DNA of 63,978 nucleotides, filler included, from Bigelowiella natans CCMP2755 (taxonomy: Eukaryota; Protista; Cercozoa), in assembly GCA_000320545.1 (NCBI GenBank). It is 8 parts of 8 records of this genome, joined end to end, with 100 filler letters (N's around TTAATTAATTAA, not from the genome) between each part and the next. Parts side by side here need not be neighbours in the genome. Positions count along the whole stretch, not along the records: positions 45,734 to 59,660 come from ADNK01000636.1; positions 59,761 to 61,447 come from ADNK01001937.1; positions 61,548 to 62,852 come from ADNK01003720.1; positions 62,953 to 63,978 come from ADNK01001151.1; 4 more parts are not named here. One strand, 5' to 3'. The notes under the pieces are model-generated. The model was not told where the DNA came from. It did not search any database and worked only from the letters and a program-made list of their open reading frames with translations. This document shows positions 50,590 to 63,978 of this stretch, piece by piece. The translations under genes were made by a program, and so were the position numbers. How positions within the stretch are numbered: the first letter of the stretch is position 1; the number at the start of each line of letters is the position of its first letter.

Positions 50590-52413
50590 GAATGATAAAC
50601 GTAACGATTGAGCTACATGCTCCAACTCCAGACTTCAGGGTGGATTATGCATACAAGAAGGCTGTGCAACCACTGCCTTTTATGAAAGCTATATCTAATA
50701 CACACCACAGGAAATGTTACATGAAATCGTGTTAAGGCGCGAGCGTGTCGGATTGGTAACGATTGCGTACGCGTGGTAATCAATGCACGTTATCTTTGAT
50801 ATGTATAGTTGAATAACCTAGCTATCTAGCAATGCTAGCTCGCAAAAGCTACGACAGCGTCGCAGGAGCAACAACCTCGCTTATATATCAATTCTTATTT
50901 TAGAATGCAAGCTAGAATAGCGGCGGCATGTACGTAGCATATATATAGGCTAATATTTTGGTCCACGCGTCGCTATGTAATGCTGCATTATACAGCAACG
51001 TATAGGATTCTTATAACACGCATATATGAATTTATATGATGATATATAGCTAGTTTCGTAAATAGCTAGAATGGACTGCATGCTCGATACGCACACTACG
51101 CATCTGATCGCATGCATACTCGTCTACAACAAAAGACCATCCAAGGCCAACTCATTACTGCTACATCTTAAATAACAATGCAGCGCGGCAACACAGCATC
51201 GATCGCATAACTAACCCATGCAATAAAGCTTTTGATTCCCACAGATATACATGCTTCTGCTGACAATCTTAGTGCAGTGGATGTAGATCTCTGTGCACAT
51301 CTGGAAGAGATGCAGTGAATATAATGACAATAGTGCTGCTGCTGCTTAACCGACCGCGATGAGAGTGAGGAGCATGTCGTCCGTACTACTACTGATAACT
51401 GCACTTCGTTGTACCCAATGGCTCGCCCACTGCCTATTACTAGTGGTAATCGATGATAGCACTTCAGTAATTTTTCATGATGAAAACCCTGCGCTGCCTC
51501 CCTTGGGCCTCTCGGAGCTGATACACAGCAGGCATTGTTTACGCTCAAATAATATACTATTTCGTGTATGCATTTGTATGCGTGTACGTGTGCGTGTGGA
51601 TATGCACACTATATAATATAAATATAATACATATATGAGTATCTCTACCAGTGCCATGAAACGAACAATCGTCGATACGATGAACATTGAGAGCATCATA
51701 ACGCCTACCATGGACCCCAGCATTGCCTGAGAGAATCATCGCACGCACACGACACTCACACACCCAGACGCACGTCCTCCTCCTCCTCCTTCCTCCTTCT
51801 CCTCGAAGAACATGATGATAGTTGATGATCGTGCTACAACGAAGAAATGTGGAGAAAGATGCGGAGGCTAGACTGATGAGATACCAGCGTTTTGCTCAGC
51901 ACTGAGTCGCCATAATCATCATCACCATAATCATCATCACCACTATGATCATCATTGGACCTGAAGGAGGAGGGCAGGGTTGCCGTGTATGTGATATCGG
52001 AAATGACGTCCCATACGCCTACCAAAGGCCGGAAAGGAGGGGAGGAGAGGAGGGCATCGGCAACCGTTAAATATATAAATATATAAATAAATAAATAAAT
52101 GTATTATCTATTCAATATGTACATATATTATTTATAGCCTGGGCCATGAGATTGCGGATCATCATTAAATAAGATGTTAGTTGTGACAAAATCTCCACAC
52201 AATTATGAATTTTAGGGATTAGCTACTACCACTACTAGTACTACTACTACCACTGCTACCTCCTAAATCTAGCGACTCCCTTCTTAAGCGCGTGGCCGAT
52301 AATCTGCCCACATCATCGTTATTGCCATATGAGTGACAGGAAGAGATATAAAGGATGAAAAGAGGGGGGGGGGGGTAAAGGGGGAGAGGAGCACTTTTTC
52401 GGCCCCGAGGCCC

Positions 52414-52729
52414 TCAGCTCCTGGTTCTGATAATCGGTAGAAAGACGAGAATCAATATACGATGTTCTCCTGTACGGTAACAGCGGCAGAATGATACAAA
52501 ATGATAATGATGATGATGAGAGGAGGAGGAGGAGGAGGAGGAGGAGGGGGGTTGGGAGAGGGAGGAGGCAGCAGCAGCAGCAGCAACACCACCTGTTATC
52601 TCGCTGTTATCTGGATGATCAGGGTCCTCCGCCCAGCCTTCATACCTTGTTACGTTCAGCAAAAGAACCCATTATTTAAAACATTCTCATTGAATTAACA
52701 CATGCATTTGTGTGTGTGCGCGCGCGCGC

Positions 52730-52764
<35 letters not shown>

Positions 52765-53309
52765 AACACGTGCATCCTCCTCACCAATGAATTTGTTTGT
52801 CGCCGATGTCTACAAATCCCTCGGTAGTCTGCAACGGGTTGTTGTTCAAAGTAACAATCATATCACCAACCAGAATATTGGCCTCTCTGCCTCCTCTTCT
52901 TGATAAGATTACTACTCTCCTTTGGTGGTTGCGTTGTCTGCAGGTTATTTTTACCCTCACGACGTACTTGACCTCCATCACCTCCCGACCGACACGCTTC
53001 CTGGGTTGCAGTGTCTTTGTGTGTGTACGTGCGGGTACATGCGTGTGTGCGTGTGTGCGTATGCATTTCTTAAATTAGTTCGGAAAGGGCCTGTATCTCT
53101 GACTGGAACTCTCTCTCTCTCTCTCTCTCCCCCCCCCCCCCCCTATCCTAACCCATACACCATTCTACCGGATTTGGAATTGATGCCCGAGAACCACATT
53201 TCGCTTCTCAGAAGATCTACAAAAACAGCGCGTGTACGCACACGTGAATACCGGCAGATACGGAGTACACGCATAGGTATAAACACACAAGCTATGTATA
53301 TATGATATG

Positions 53310-53385
<76 letters not shown>

Positions 53386-54013
53386 TGTTTTGCATGTAAG
53401 AGTCAGATCGGTTATTTATTCAATCATATAGCTATTTGCTACCCATCCGGGAATCAAAGCCATTGCTATTTACTTATCACAGAAGAAAGGTACAGACGAT
53501 GGTGGTGCATCGTTCGTGCGGCAATTGCAGAAGAATGTAGAAGAATGCAGCATACCTTGGTTTTAGTGTGAATGAAGGCCATTCCCGCTTGTGGATGGGA
53601 TCGTTCCAAAAAACATCGACTGGATATAAATAATATAAATATTATAAGAGCATTGACCGCGAGTACACATGGTCTTGATGTATGTAGAAGATGAAGATGA
53701 TGACGAAGAAAAAGATGATGATTTGGGATATGCTAGTTTTACGGGAGAACTTGCTTTTTTGCCCCGTTGAATGCTGCTTCTACTACTGCTACTTACCTGT
53801 TTGATTTGTGTGGCTTTTAAACACGATATAGCCCTTGATATCCATATGGTGCCATATCCACCTATTATCACCAAGGATGCGTTGCATTTTATTGCAGTTC
53901 GTTGTTTTTAATTACAGACTGGCATTACTAACTCGATCACGTGAAAATTTGCTCGCACCATCCCAACCAATAGCTGCAACGCCAATGGTGATATAAACGG
54001 AAAACAACACAAT

Positions 54014-54050
<37 letters not shown>

Positions 54051-54386
54051 AAGCAGTGTACTGGATGAGGTGTTCCTGTGTGAAATCCACATCTCGAGTA
54101 ACCTGAAAGCTCTGTGTCGTAATCGACTCCTATTCAGAGGAAAACACGGGAAATAGTCATGTCGCAGATCAAGGTGAGAAAACTATGGCAAAAGCGATAA
54201 TCGTCTTCCTTCCTTCCTCCTCCTCCTCCTCCTCCTCCTCCTCCTCCTCCGCTCTGCTAACTAACCCAATTCACACACTTTCATTGTCAGCCATTTCGGT
54301 AGGTAAACTGCCGCCGGGCAGGAAGCGGGGTCAATGCCTTATAAATTAGGTTAGTAAAATCGTACAATATATAATAAGTGATGATG

Positions 54387-54438
<52 letters not shown>

Positions 54439-55152
54439 CAGGAGTTGTCCACTACCAAACTTCTGGGCAAGCTTCAGATGCTTGTTTCCGCCGCCCAAAT
54501 TTACTACTTTCATCTGTTATCGCACAATCGAATACACTCAATGGCATTGCCGAAACGTCTTCAAGGATGGATGTAAACGCACGTTCTGTTTCTCCTTCCC
54601 GAAGATCTCGAATTCGGCTTCTAGCAGCACCATCTCTTCCTGCTTCTGTATGCAAGCGCAACATGAGAATATCGTTGATGTGTGAGAAATCTTCCTCAAC
54701 TAGCAGGAGATTGTGTGTGTGACAATACACGCTTTTCTAGCGGAAGCATCGGCTGCAGAAATTAGGAGTGAAGCACATCGATGCAATCATCCCTTGCCTC
54801 CCTCCCCTGACACACCATGTTAGCAGCCAGGAACAGCACGATGACATCGTTTTCTAGGATGTAGCTCCTCTCTTGGATCTTCTCAAACGCCTCCTCAGTC
54901 ATGAAAGAGTGCTTGGTACGGTCCTTCATTTCCTTGACGAAGCCTCCGATTGGATTGTCCAGTAATCCTCCCTGCAACACCCATTTCTCACACCCACACG
55001 CACGCACACCCATTTCTCACACCCACACGCACGCACACCGTTAAGCATACTCTACGTACCCCCACGGTTCTACAGCTGAGAATAACGATAGCCAGCAGAC
55101 CCCATCGCAAAGAAAGACCATCTGCTGTGGATGCCGTGCAAGTACGCGCCAT
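52414..55152 (-). CDS. Hypothetical protein with signal-peptide-like leader and a PDZ-like domain (multi-exon; 3' end uncertain)
   Basis: Start MARTCTASTADGLSLRWGLLAIVILSC. PDZ-like exon GGREANILVGDMIVTLNNNPL at ~52800-52895. Confidence 0.45.
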
Positions 55153-55718
55153 CCGGTCTTGCAGGGGGGGACGGAAGCCGGTTGAAGGTTGTGCTGTCTT
55201 CGATAGGTGCAAAGAAAAAAAAAGACTCTATTTTAGGATATATCCCGTCTTAATTAATTTCTATAAAATACTTCCAGGCGACTGTATGATTTGACTAAAA
55301 AGTTTAGCACTAGACAAATTGTTCAGTCCGTTTTCTATCCGAAGAATATCGGACCTAATGAAGTGTGCGCTCCGATCGGGAGGTCGGAGCATTCTAAAAG
55401 CCTGTTCTCGGCGCAAACCTGAATGTCACAATGAATAAATGTAGGACATCTGCCCAGAACCCGATATATTATATTTTCTTAGAAATGGAGGAATATTTTG
55501 AGCAGCGACATCATATATACAGGGAATGATGATCTAGATACCGGTAATTCTTAATTCCTTGTCGCCGATTGTGCGTTTTAGTTTATTTTATCGCTCGGTC
55601 ATCAAAACCCTTTTGAATCATTTGAATGGCGCCCGAGCGCTTCGAATAGGAGGAAGAGGCCCTTTCTCCCAAAGAGATAGAGCGAGAGAGGGATAAGCAT
55701 CTTTTGATCTTGTTCGCA

Positions 55719-56957
55719 ATGGAATCTTATGGGCAACCGGTCATCCTTCTTCTTCACCTTTTAGCTGCCTATGCTCCTCGCAAGGCCTTGGCCTTTAAGA
55801 CCCAAGACAAGCACGCAAGACTCTACGCAAACGCCAGCACCAATGCCAACGCCACAATGGCTCACACGGGGAGGCAATTGAGGGACGAAATCCATATGAA
55901 CTCATCAGTTTCTTCATCACTGCAATACCCTCATTTCCATAGGGGGGTCATGAACTCCTTGAAGAGCGCAGCGAGTAGCGTTGCATCTGTTGCAGCTCCA
56001 TCCCTAAAAAAAGCCGAAAAGTTATTAAAATGTGTCGACAAGTGCAATGGGAGAGGTAATTGTGATCATAGTTATGGTTATTGGCTCCGTGTATCCTAGT
56101 TTTGGCTTTGCAAAAGGCGATAATTACTTTATGTGTGCCCCCCGTTTTTATACAATTTTACCTTGTTCTCTTCTGGTCTGCTCTGGCGGACCATGGTGAT
56201 GACACGTGTCTCTATAAAAATTTGAAGGTACATGTGAGATTGACTTCTCTCGAGTTACAAAGGACGGAGTAAATAACCCATTCTATTGCAAGTGTCAAGA
56301 GGTATCGTCACCCACGTTCTCTTCCTCCCTTTCTGTTGTCCTCCTCCTCCTCCTCCTCCTCCTCCTCCTCCTCTTTCTGGTCCTTGTGCTATATGATGCT
56401 AATGGTAATAAAGATTAGCACGCCTGACCTCCTGCTTCTATCACCTTCGTTTGCAAAATATGGAAAGGGTTATATCGGAATATCATGCGCCACCAAAGTT
56501 GACCAGTACTTGAAATGGTTCATGACCAAGGTAGTAGTTGCAGTGCTAGTAGTACCAGCAGCAGCAGCAGCAGTTGTAATGGACATACTGATCATAGTTT
56601 GTAAATCATATAGAGGCAACACACTCTCGCACACAAATGAGAAGCAGTCAAACACATTTCGTTGAAAACCCTAAATTATTTTCCTCCTTGCGAAATCTAT
56701 ACGAGAGAAATGTATCACCGCTTGTTCTGTTTCCTGATATGGCACTCCTCTATCACGCCTCTTTTCTTTCGATATAATCTCTTTTTTCCGACGATGTTGA
56801 TGACGACAACAACAACAACAACAACAACAACAACACATCATTCTACTTCGTGCAGGGCAAGACTGAGTTCCCAAGATGCTGTAACATCTGCAACGAGCAG
56901 GAGCAAGCTCCAGCCCACTACGAATACATGCCGAGGGTATTGATACTACTACTACTG

Positions 56958-56993
<36 letters not shown>

Positions 56994-58292
56994 ATGCCAT
57001 TACTGATACTGCTGCTAGGGGTTATGGTGTTCGTATGTGAGAGCGCATACATTCGTCATCGCGAAATATCCATACGATTATGCGTATGGTATAGAAGCAT
57101 GGTGTCGTCTTCTACCAGTCCTCCTTCCTGATTTAATGTTGTGAGTAATTAGTGATCATCGTTCGTCGTCGTGTTGCTAGTGTAAAGCCTGATATCTCCC
57201 CTCCCCCCTCCCCAATCCTCTATCCTCTCTCTTTGTCCTTTAGCAAATGAACCCCTTCAATCCCGAGCACTGTAACGTGCTGTACCAGTCCAATGTAGCG
57301 CGAAATTCGGCGCCGAGCTGGTTTGTTATCATCCTAAAGAAGAAGAAAAAGATGATGATGATGATGATGAATGAGATAGTAGAAAGGGAAAGGAAGCTCA
57401 ATATAGCAATCCTACTGTTGCTTCTTCTTCTTCTTCTTCTTCTGCATCTTCCCCGATCGCATCTCCTCCTCCCCCCCTCCTCCCTCGTTAAGGTGCAACC
57501 GTTTCTCCAGCTTTGTTGAGGAGGAGGTCGCAATGTCCGGCATTGGGGGGTAGTAGTAGTAGTAGTAGTAGTAGTAGCAGCAGTAGTAGTAGTAGTAGTA
57601 GTACAGCAGTACAGCAGTACAGCAGTGCAAGTTTTAATTAGAAGCAGCGTAGATTCGACATAATCCAACGACAGAGAACTTCTTTTGCGGTCATTTGGTT
57701 TTATGATGATGGAGAAAAGTACTTCTATAACTGGCCATGCACCCCCCCCTCTCTCTCCCTCCCTCCCTCCCCACTTCTATCGTTGTGCAAACTATCAGGT
57801 CTCTCTCATCATCGAAAAAGAAAGCCGACGACGGCTCTTGCTGTGTTATCTGCAGTCCGAATTACATCCAAGCTCAACGACGCATAGACGTCCAGCTGCA
57901 AGCTGATGTGAATGGGCTTCGCCCCCCACAGGCCAAAGGGTGATGATATCGGAATGAGAGGGGGGGGGGGGGAGGGCGGTGACCACGATATCTTAAGTAA
58001 CTATACTTTCTGAGAGCAGTCATGTCGTCGCAAGCAATAGAAATAATCGTTTGTCACATCATGATCGAAGTCGATGGAATCTTCTTGCTGCCGTGGGCAA
58101 AGGCGCAAGTGGTTACTATCAGTCCTCAAGCTTTCAATAGGAAACTGTGTGAAGTAAATACCACTTTCCTCTCCTCCTCCTCTTCTTGTTCTTTTTCTTT
58201 TTCTTAGGCCAACATGGTTTTGGGAGTGGGGGGAACCTGGCCTAGGCGGCGGTGGACAACCAAACCTGATCCCGGTAGTAGTAGTAATAGTG

Positions 58293-58325
<33 letters not shown>

Positions 58326-58386
58326 ATAGTGGTAGTAGTAGTAGTTGTTGTTGTGGTAGTAGTGTTAATGATTAACCTGATCCCGA

Positions 58387-58421
<35 letters not shown>

Positions 58422-59090
58422 ATAGTAGTTGTTGTAGTAATGCTAATGATTTCTTTTTTAAGCAAAGCAGTCACCTCGTCTCTCATGAGAATGTCTACAT
58501 CCATTATCACCATCATCATCGTCATCATCATCATCATCATGCATTAATAACGTGCGTGGGATATATTATCATCGGCAGACAAAGGACGGGAGCGAGAATA
58601 CGTGTTGCTCCGTGTGCCCCCGCCGCGTGGAAGGCCCCTTCTACACCCGTTCTGACAACGACATGACCTGTAATTATACAGCTTTTCTCCCTATGAAGAT
58701 AAAGATGAAGTAGATGATGATGATGATGATGATGATGATGGTGATGATGACGACGACGATGATCATGATGAGTAAGGCGACATAACGAGTGTTTCTTACT
58801 GCATATTCTGCTGCTGTGGCTACTCCAATCGTCACGGCAGTAGTAGTTGTAGGCGCGCGCGTGTGTGTGCGTGTGTGTGTGTGTAGAGAATCGCATTGAC
58901 GTAGCTCTCCCTTGCAATGATGCCAAAGGCGATGATGGTGAAATAACAACTAATTCTATTATTATGATAATTATATTTGTCGTCGTCATCGTCGTCGTTG
59001 GCTTCTCTTAGCCGAAGAGCGAAGGAACATTCTGGACACCGGAGCGGAGACCGCTCAAAAACGAGGCTTTTATGAAGGAAACGGTACGGG
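55719..59090 (+). CDS. Secreted EGF-like-domain protein with repeated CCxxC motifs (multi-exon; 3' end uncertain)
   Basis: Signal-like VILLLHLLAAYAPRKALA. EGF split over three exons: CVDKCNGRGNCDH / FYCKCQE / GYIGISC. Later exons contain CCNIC, CCVIC and CCSVC. Confidence 0.6.
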
Positions 59091-59908
59091 CGCTGATGCT
59101 GCTGCTCTCTACGAACGAATGTCCCCCCCCCCCCCCCCCTCTGAGGCCCTGAAACTTGCACACATTTGATAAGAATGCAAGTATGATCAGCACGACGGCA
59201 CGTACGTCCGTGCGAAGAAACACACTTAATAAATATGCCTTCGTCCTGTCTATCCTTAGGAATCTTCTATAAAGATTCAGGGTGTTGTGAAACCTGCCCC
59301 TCGCAGTTCTGGTAGTTGATGTAGTAGTAATAACAAAAGGGAGGGGGGGAGGGGGGGGGGGGGTTATCAAATAAGGGAAACACATTTTCCCTTTGAGAAC
59401 CCCTCTTTCTAAAAATCCCTCCTCCCCTCCTAACCACGTTGGGGGGAATAAACACACGCACACGCCCAAACGCACACATTAGAACCAGTTCCCCGTTTGG
59501 GCCATCGCAATATATCGTAAAAAAAGCTGGAGTGGATGGGGTGTGAATTTATTTTTTCCCTGAGGCCCCCCCCCCCCGTGGAAGGGGGGGTCCTCTCTCC
59601 GATGCTTAAAACGCGCCGCCGACCCCATCCGCAGATCTTAAAATGACCCCCTTTTCGGAANNNNNNNNNNNNNNNNNNNNNNNNNNNNNNNNNNNNNNNN
59701 NNNNTTAATTAATTAANNNNNNNNNNNNNNNNNNNNNNNNNNNNNNNNNNNNNNNNNNNNTGACCGTGTGCGCGGGGAGGTTGACCCCCCACGCGAGCGT
59801 TGCTGTGCAGCATAGCGCTTTGATGTAGCCTGGCAAGATATGATGTGAGCGGGGAAAATTGCGTTATACGCGATTGATTGGGCGGCATTCGTCATAAAAG
59901 CAGTGATA

Positions 59909-59950
<42 letters not shown>

Positions 59951-60029
59951 TGCGTGTGTGCGTGTGCGTGTGTGCGCGTGCGTGTGCGAGCTCTCTGCAC
60001 AATGCCCCCCCCCCCATGCCCGCCCCCAA

Positions 60030-60436
60030 CCTTTTGCGAATGAATCTTCGATTATCCCTCGATCGCTCCGCTGCATTCCTGGAAAACAAGTGCACAGAGT
60101 GATTATCCGACATAAGGAGGGGGAGGGGGCGGGAGGAAGGGTGTTTACAGAAGGCCAACTTGATCTCTTTGATAGAGGGATTTGACACGCCATACCTGCG
60201 TGGTGGAACCCTAGTCCCATTTTCCATAATTTCTTAAGCGGCTCGTTGCGAGACCGTGCGACCTTGTTCGCCATCTCTTTGTATCTGCGACGAGGTTTGG
60301 CCGAGGGATAAGGGGGAGGGAGGGGGCGGACGGGGGTAAGAACCTTTTCATGACCGTCTCGAGGAAGATTCATTTAGCCAGGAAATATCGGTAAAAGTGA
60401 CGTTAGAAGGATTATATATTATTGAGTTTACTCGAT

Positions 60437-60477
<41 letters not shown>

Positions 60478-61047
60478 ATATATATAATCATTGTATATAT
60501 ATTGTTAATATTATGTATAACCCTTTGCGTGTCGAGTCAGGGTCAATGAGATACAAGTTATCGCTCTGGGTGAACATCTCCAAAAAGGCCTCGGAAAGCG
60601 ACTGCGTCTCTTTCCGGGAATGCACGAAGACCTGGCATTTGATTGGAAGAAGGGTGTGTGGTCTCTCCCGTCTATATGAACGTGCATTCGCTAAGGAAAT
60701 CGCCCTTTGCGGCCGCGGCCGAGTGTATATAGCTACTTCGATCTATACAGCAGCCCCCTCTCGCCTCTCGCGAACCATGAAGTCATTGCAAAACACCAGG
60801 CGCACATGCATCGCGTTTGTACCATGACTTGCTCGCCGTCTTTGAGCGACTTTTCCATCTTGTCGTAGGCGATTTCGTTCATTTTCTGCTTCCTCCGGAT
60901 CGCATTCGAGTCGGTTACCCCCACGTAGGTTTGATGCAGTGGCACCTGATTCGTGTTGGTAAGGGAAGGGGGAGGAGGGGGAGGGGGCGGAGGACGCGTT
61001 TTTGCGTGTATTTCCCGCAAAATAGACAGATAGTATCATGCGTATCC

Positions 61048-61119
<72 letters not shown>

Positions 61120-61257
61120 ATGCGTGTAAATGTGTAACTGAAGTGTATGAGCGCTCACCGGTCGGAATTCGTTCCCGAAATAGAACAGTCCGCTGACGGG
61201 GTTCACTCGTAGGAAAATGGCCACGTCAGCATAGTTCGGGAGAGTCGCCGATATCCT
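60030..61257 (-). CDS. Ski2-like DExH helicase, ASCC3/Slh1 (or Brr2) family, internal fragment
   Basis: Exons give [32 protein letters not shown] / [10 protein letters not shown]...QVM / VFVHSRKET / GLGFHHA / [16 protein letters not shown]. Confidence 0.9.
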
Positions 61258-61401
61258 GCATTGGTGGTGAGTAGGAGATGAACAAACGCTCTCTCGCAGC
61301 TATAAATGCGCATTCGGTGAGATGAAGGGAGGGAAGAAGGGGGGGGGGGCAGGTCCCCGCCTCATACACCAAGTCCATAAACGGGATGCTAATATGTATA
61401 C

Positions 61402-61447
<46 letters not shown>

Positions 61448-62488
61448 NNNNNNNNNNNNNNNNNNNNNNNNNNNNNNNNNNNNNNNNNNNNTTAATTAAT
61501 TAANNNNNNNNNNNNNNNNNNNNNNNNNNNNNNNNNNNNNNNNNNNNCCCCCCCCCCCCTCCCCTTCAAGTTCTGAATATTAATTTCTAGATTCCCGAGC
61601 GATTCAATTTTAAGGGTGTGCGGTTTCCTCCCTTGAAAGCAGGGGGAAGTACGGCGCGGATGCGCTCAGATTCAGCCTTCTCACGGGAGTCACACCGGTA
61701 AAAACGCAACAGATCAACTTGCTGCCAATTCCAACGACCGCCCCCCCCCCCCCCCCCCCGCCTCCGCCTCCATGATGGGGAAATGCAATACTTCCAAAGT
61801 TCAGCATTTTAGGAACAGCATCCTCGCTGTCGTGACCGATGATGGTGGTGGTAATGATGATGATGCTGATTCTGATGCTGATGTGGTGTGCGTGTTTTCT
61901 CTACATTCTTCCCCAGGGGCAGGACATTCCTCTCTCGATCCGCGACGTTGAGGCTCCGCACCGCTTTTTGAACAAGCTTTGGTAGTTTTGCAAGTCTGAT
62001 ATCTCTGTGTTAATTAAGGGTAAGGGGAGGGGGGGGGAGGGGCTAGAGCAACGGCGTGGAGGCAGGATATAATATTGGAAATATATATATACATTTATAT
62101 ATATTATATGTGTGTGAAATGGAGAAAGAGCATTCGAGGAGTATTTCCCTGCACCCGATGGCTGATAATGCCAGCTGTATGCGCCCCAGAAACATCTCCT
62201 TTTTCTTTCGTTATTGGGTCGCGAGAAGGTTGCTACCAAGTGTGTGTAGAAAGCGCTCATCTTCTCCTCTCTTGCTTCGAGTCGTCGTTCATAATCCAGC
62301 ACTTTCTCGACGGATGATGATGTTGATGATGACGATGATGATTGATGCTCGTAGGCACCTCAATCGCTACGTGCTATCTTGCCTGGAGCACTTAAATGGT
62401 GAACAGAGGCGAAGGGGTGAGGCGAAGTAGAGGCGGCAGGGAGGGGAGGGAGAAGGGCGAGAGCGCTTCGGGAATGTATGTGTAAGAT

Positions 62489-62530
<42 letters not shown>

Positions 62531-62960
62531 GGGTTGGGGGAGGAAGACAGAGCTGGGATGGGAGAAAAGCTCAGCTTTATTCGTGGCCCAATGCCCCATT
62601 TACTACACTCGATGATCATGAATATCTTCCTCTTCTTTTCGGTTCAAATCCATTGCTAGCTGCATTCCTTCTTGTGTACACTTTGCCCTCCTCGGCATTA
62701 CTCATCGTCATCATCGTCATCATCGTCATCATCGTCATCATCGTCATCATCGTCATCATCGTCATCATCGTCATCATCGTCATCATCATCGTCGCTGTTT
62801 CGCAGTGGGAGAGATATGGGAGGATTTCGAAGCCTACGAGCAGAAGCTACCGNNNNNNNNNNNNNNNNNNNNNNNNNNNNNNNNNNNNNNNNNNNNTTAA
62901 TTAATTAANNNNNNNNNNNNNNNNNNNNNNNNNNNNNNNNNNNNNNNNNNNNAAACATAG

Positions 62961-63200
62961 GTCGAATACTTTAAGAGCCTCGGTCTTTCAAACGAAGAGG
63001 TCGGTGATTTAATAACCAACTATTTTTTGGTATATTAATGTTTGAATGTATTTCATCATACAGACCGCTAGTGTTATTCTACGATATCCACAGCTGCTTG
63101 GATTTAGCTTGAAAGAGAACATCCAAGTAAAGGTAGCAAATTCACATTTCCACAGTAAACAACACAATATTCGATCATATGGAACGCAATTCGAATATGA

Positions 63201-63236
<36 letters not shown>

Positions 63237-63536
63237 TTGCGTGTTGTTCAAATCTTATTATTATATCCACAGGTAGAATATCTTAGGCAGGTTGGTTTTG
63301 GAAGTTCCATGCGTGAAATATTGATCAAATTCCCGCAAATCTTGTCCCTGAGTATTGACGAGAACTTAGATCCAAAGGTGGGTGAGACACAAGCACGCAA
63401 CAGCGCACGCACGCATGCACGCACCTATATATTTCACATCGAACGATGAATCTTTCACATATCGCTGGTATTATTCTTTTGTCGTTGCTCTTTTCCTTCA
63501 GATCAGCTACCTGCGTAGCCTAGCTGTGAAGAACAT
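62961..63536 (+). CDS. mTERF-repeat protein (internal fragment)
   Basis: Exons give [10 protein letters not shown] / [20 protein letters not shown] / [28 protein letters not shown] / ISYLRSL. Confidence 0.85.
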
Positions 63537-63638
63537 GTGTATGAGCAAGATCTAACATCAACACAAGTTATCATACCCATTCTTCGTGAGAGTCAGCTAA
63601 TACACACAAAGAAATACAGAGCACATGTACCCGCCTGT

Positions 63639-63753
<115 letters not shown>

Positions 63754-63978
63754 TCGCACACACAAGCTCAGTGAGAGTGTGTGTGTGTGTGTGTGTGTGT
63801 GCGTGTGTGTGTGCGCGTGGGGGTGGGGGGGGCGGGGGGGCGCGTGCGCGCGCGCGAGAGAGAGAGGGCGCGCGCGACGGAAACAGAAAGTTTGTGTGAG
63901 AGAGTGCGCGTGCCATAATACGTATGTGTGTGCGTGTGCGCGCGCGCGCGCGCGCGCGCGCGCGCGTGTGTGTGTGTG

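Noticed and set aside
61548-62852. Short contig with exon-like blocks
   Set aside because: Strand and product could not be determined.

Overview
Eukaryotic (protist) nuclear DNA, probably from a plastid-bearing lineage (plant/algal-type Mini-RNase III and mTERF; inference). The window is a concatenation of 8 contigs joined by artificial 100-bp N44-TTAATTAATTAA-N44 linkers. Most genes are split into many small exons by microsatellite-filled introns: Ariadne RBR E3 ligase, a TPR-PDZ-PRMT-like protein, SEN34, ACADSB, an NHL-repeat protein, an SDR, Mini-III, an ASCC3-like helicase and mTERF. A few genes are intron-poor: cathepsin L, a telomere-repeat-adjacent jacalin/Zn-finger gene, a gene with a bacterial-type lamin-tail domain, and a multi-TM/ABM/SRPBCC/SnoaL-like fusion. 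The strongest unexplained signal is compositional. Over about 5.85 kb of repeat-rich DNA (7151-12998) I find only 5 TpA dinucleotides by eye, 4 of them in CTAG, while CpG is retained. Copies of a 46-bp minisatellite there differ by reciprocal CA/TG swaps. Weaker TpA loss, with TAG/CTA surviving, recurs downstream of several stop codons, while gene bodies and divergent promoters are spared. This looks like a targeted TpA->TpG/CpA hypermutation process (the reverse direction of fungal RIP). All counts and splice junctions were read manually.
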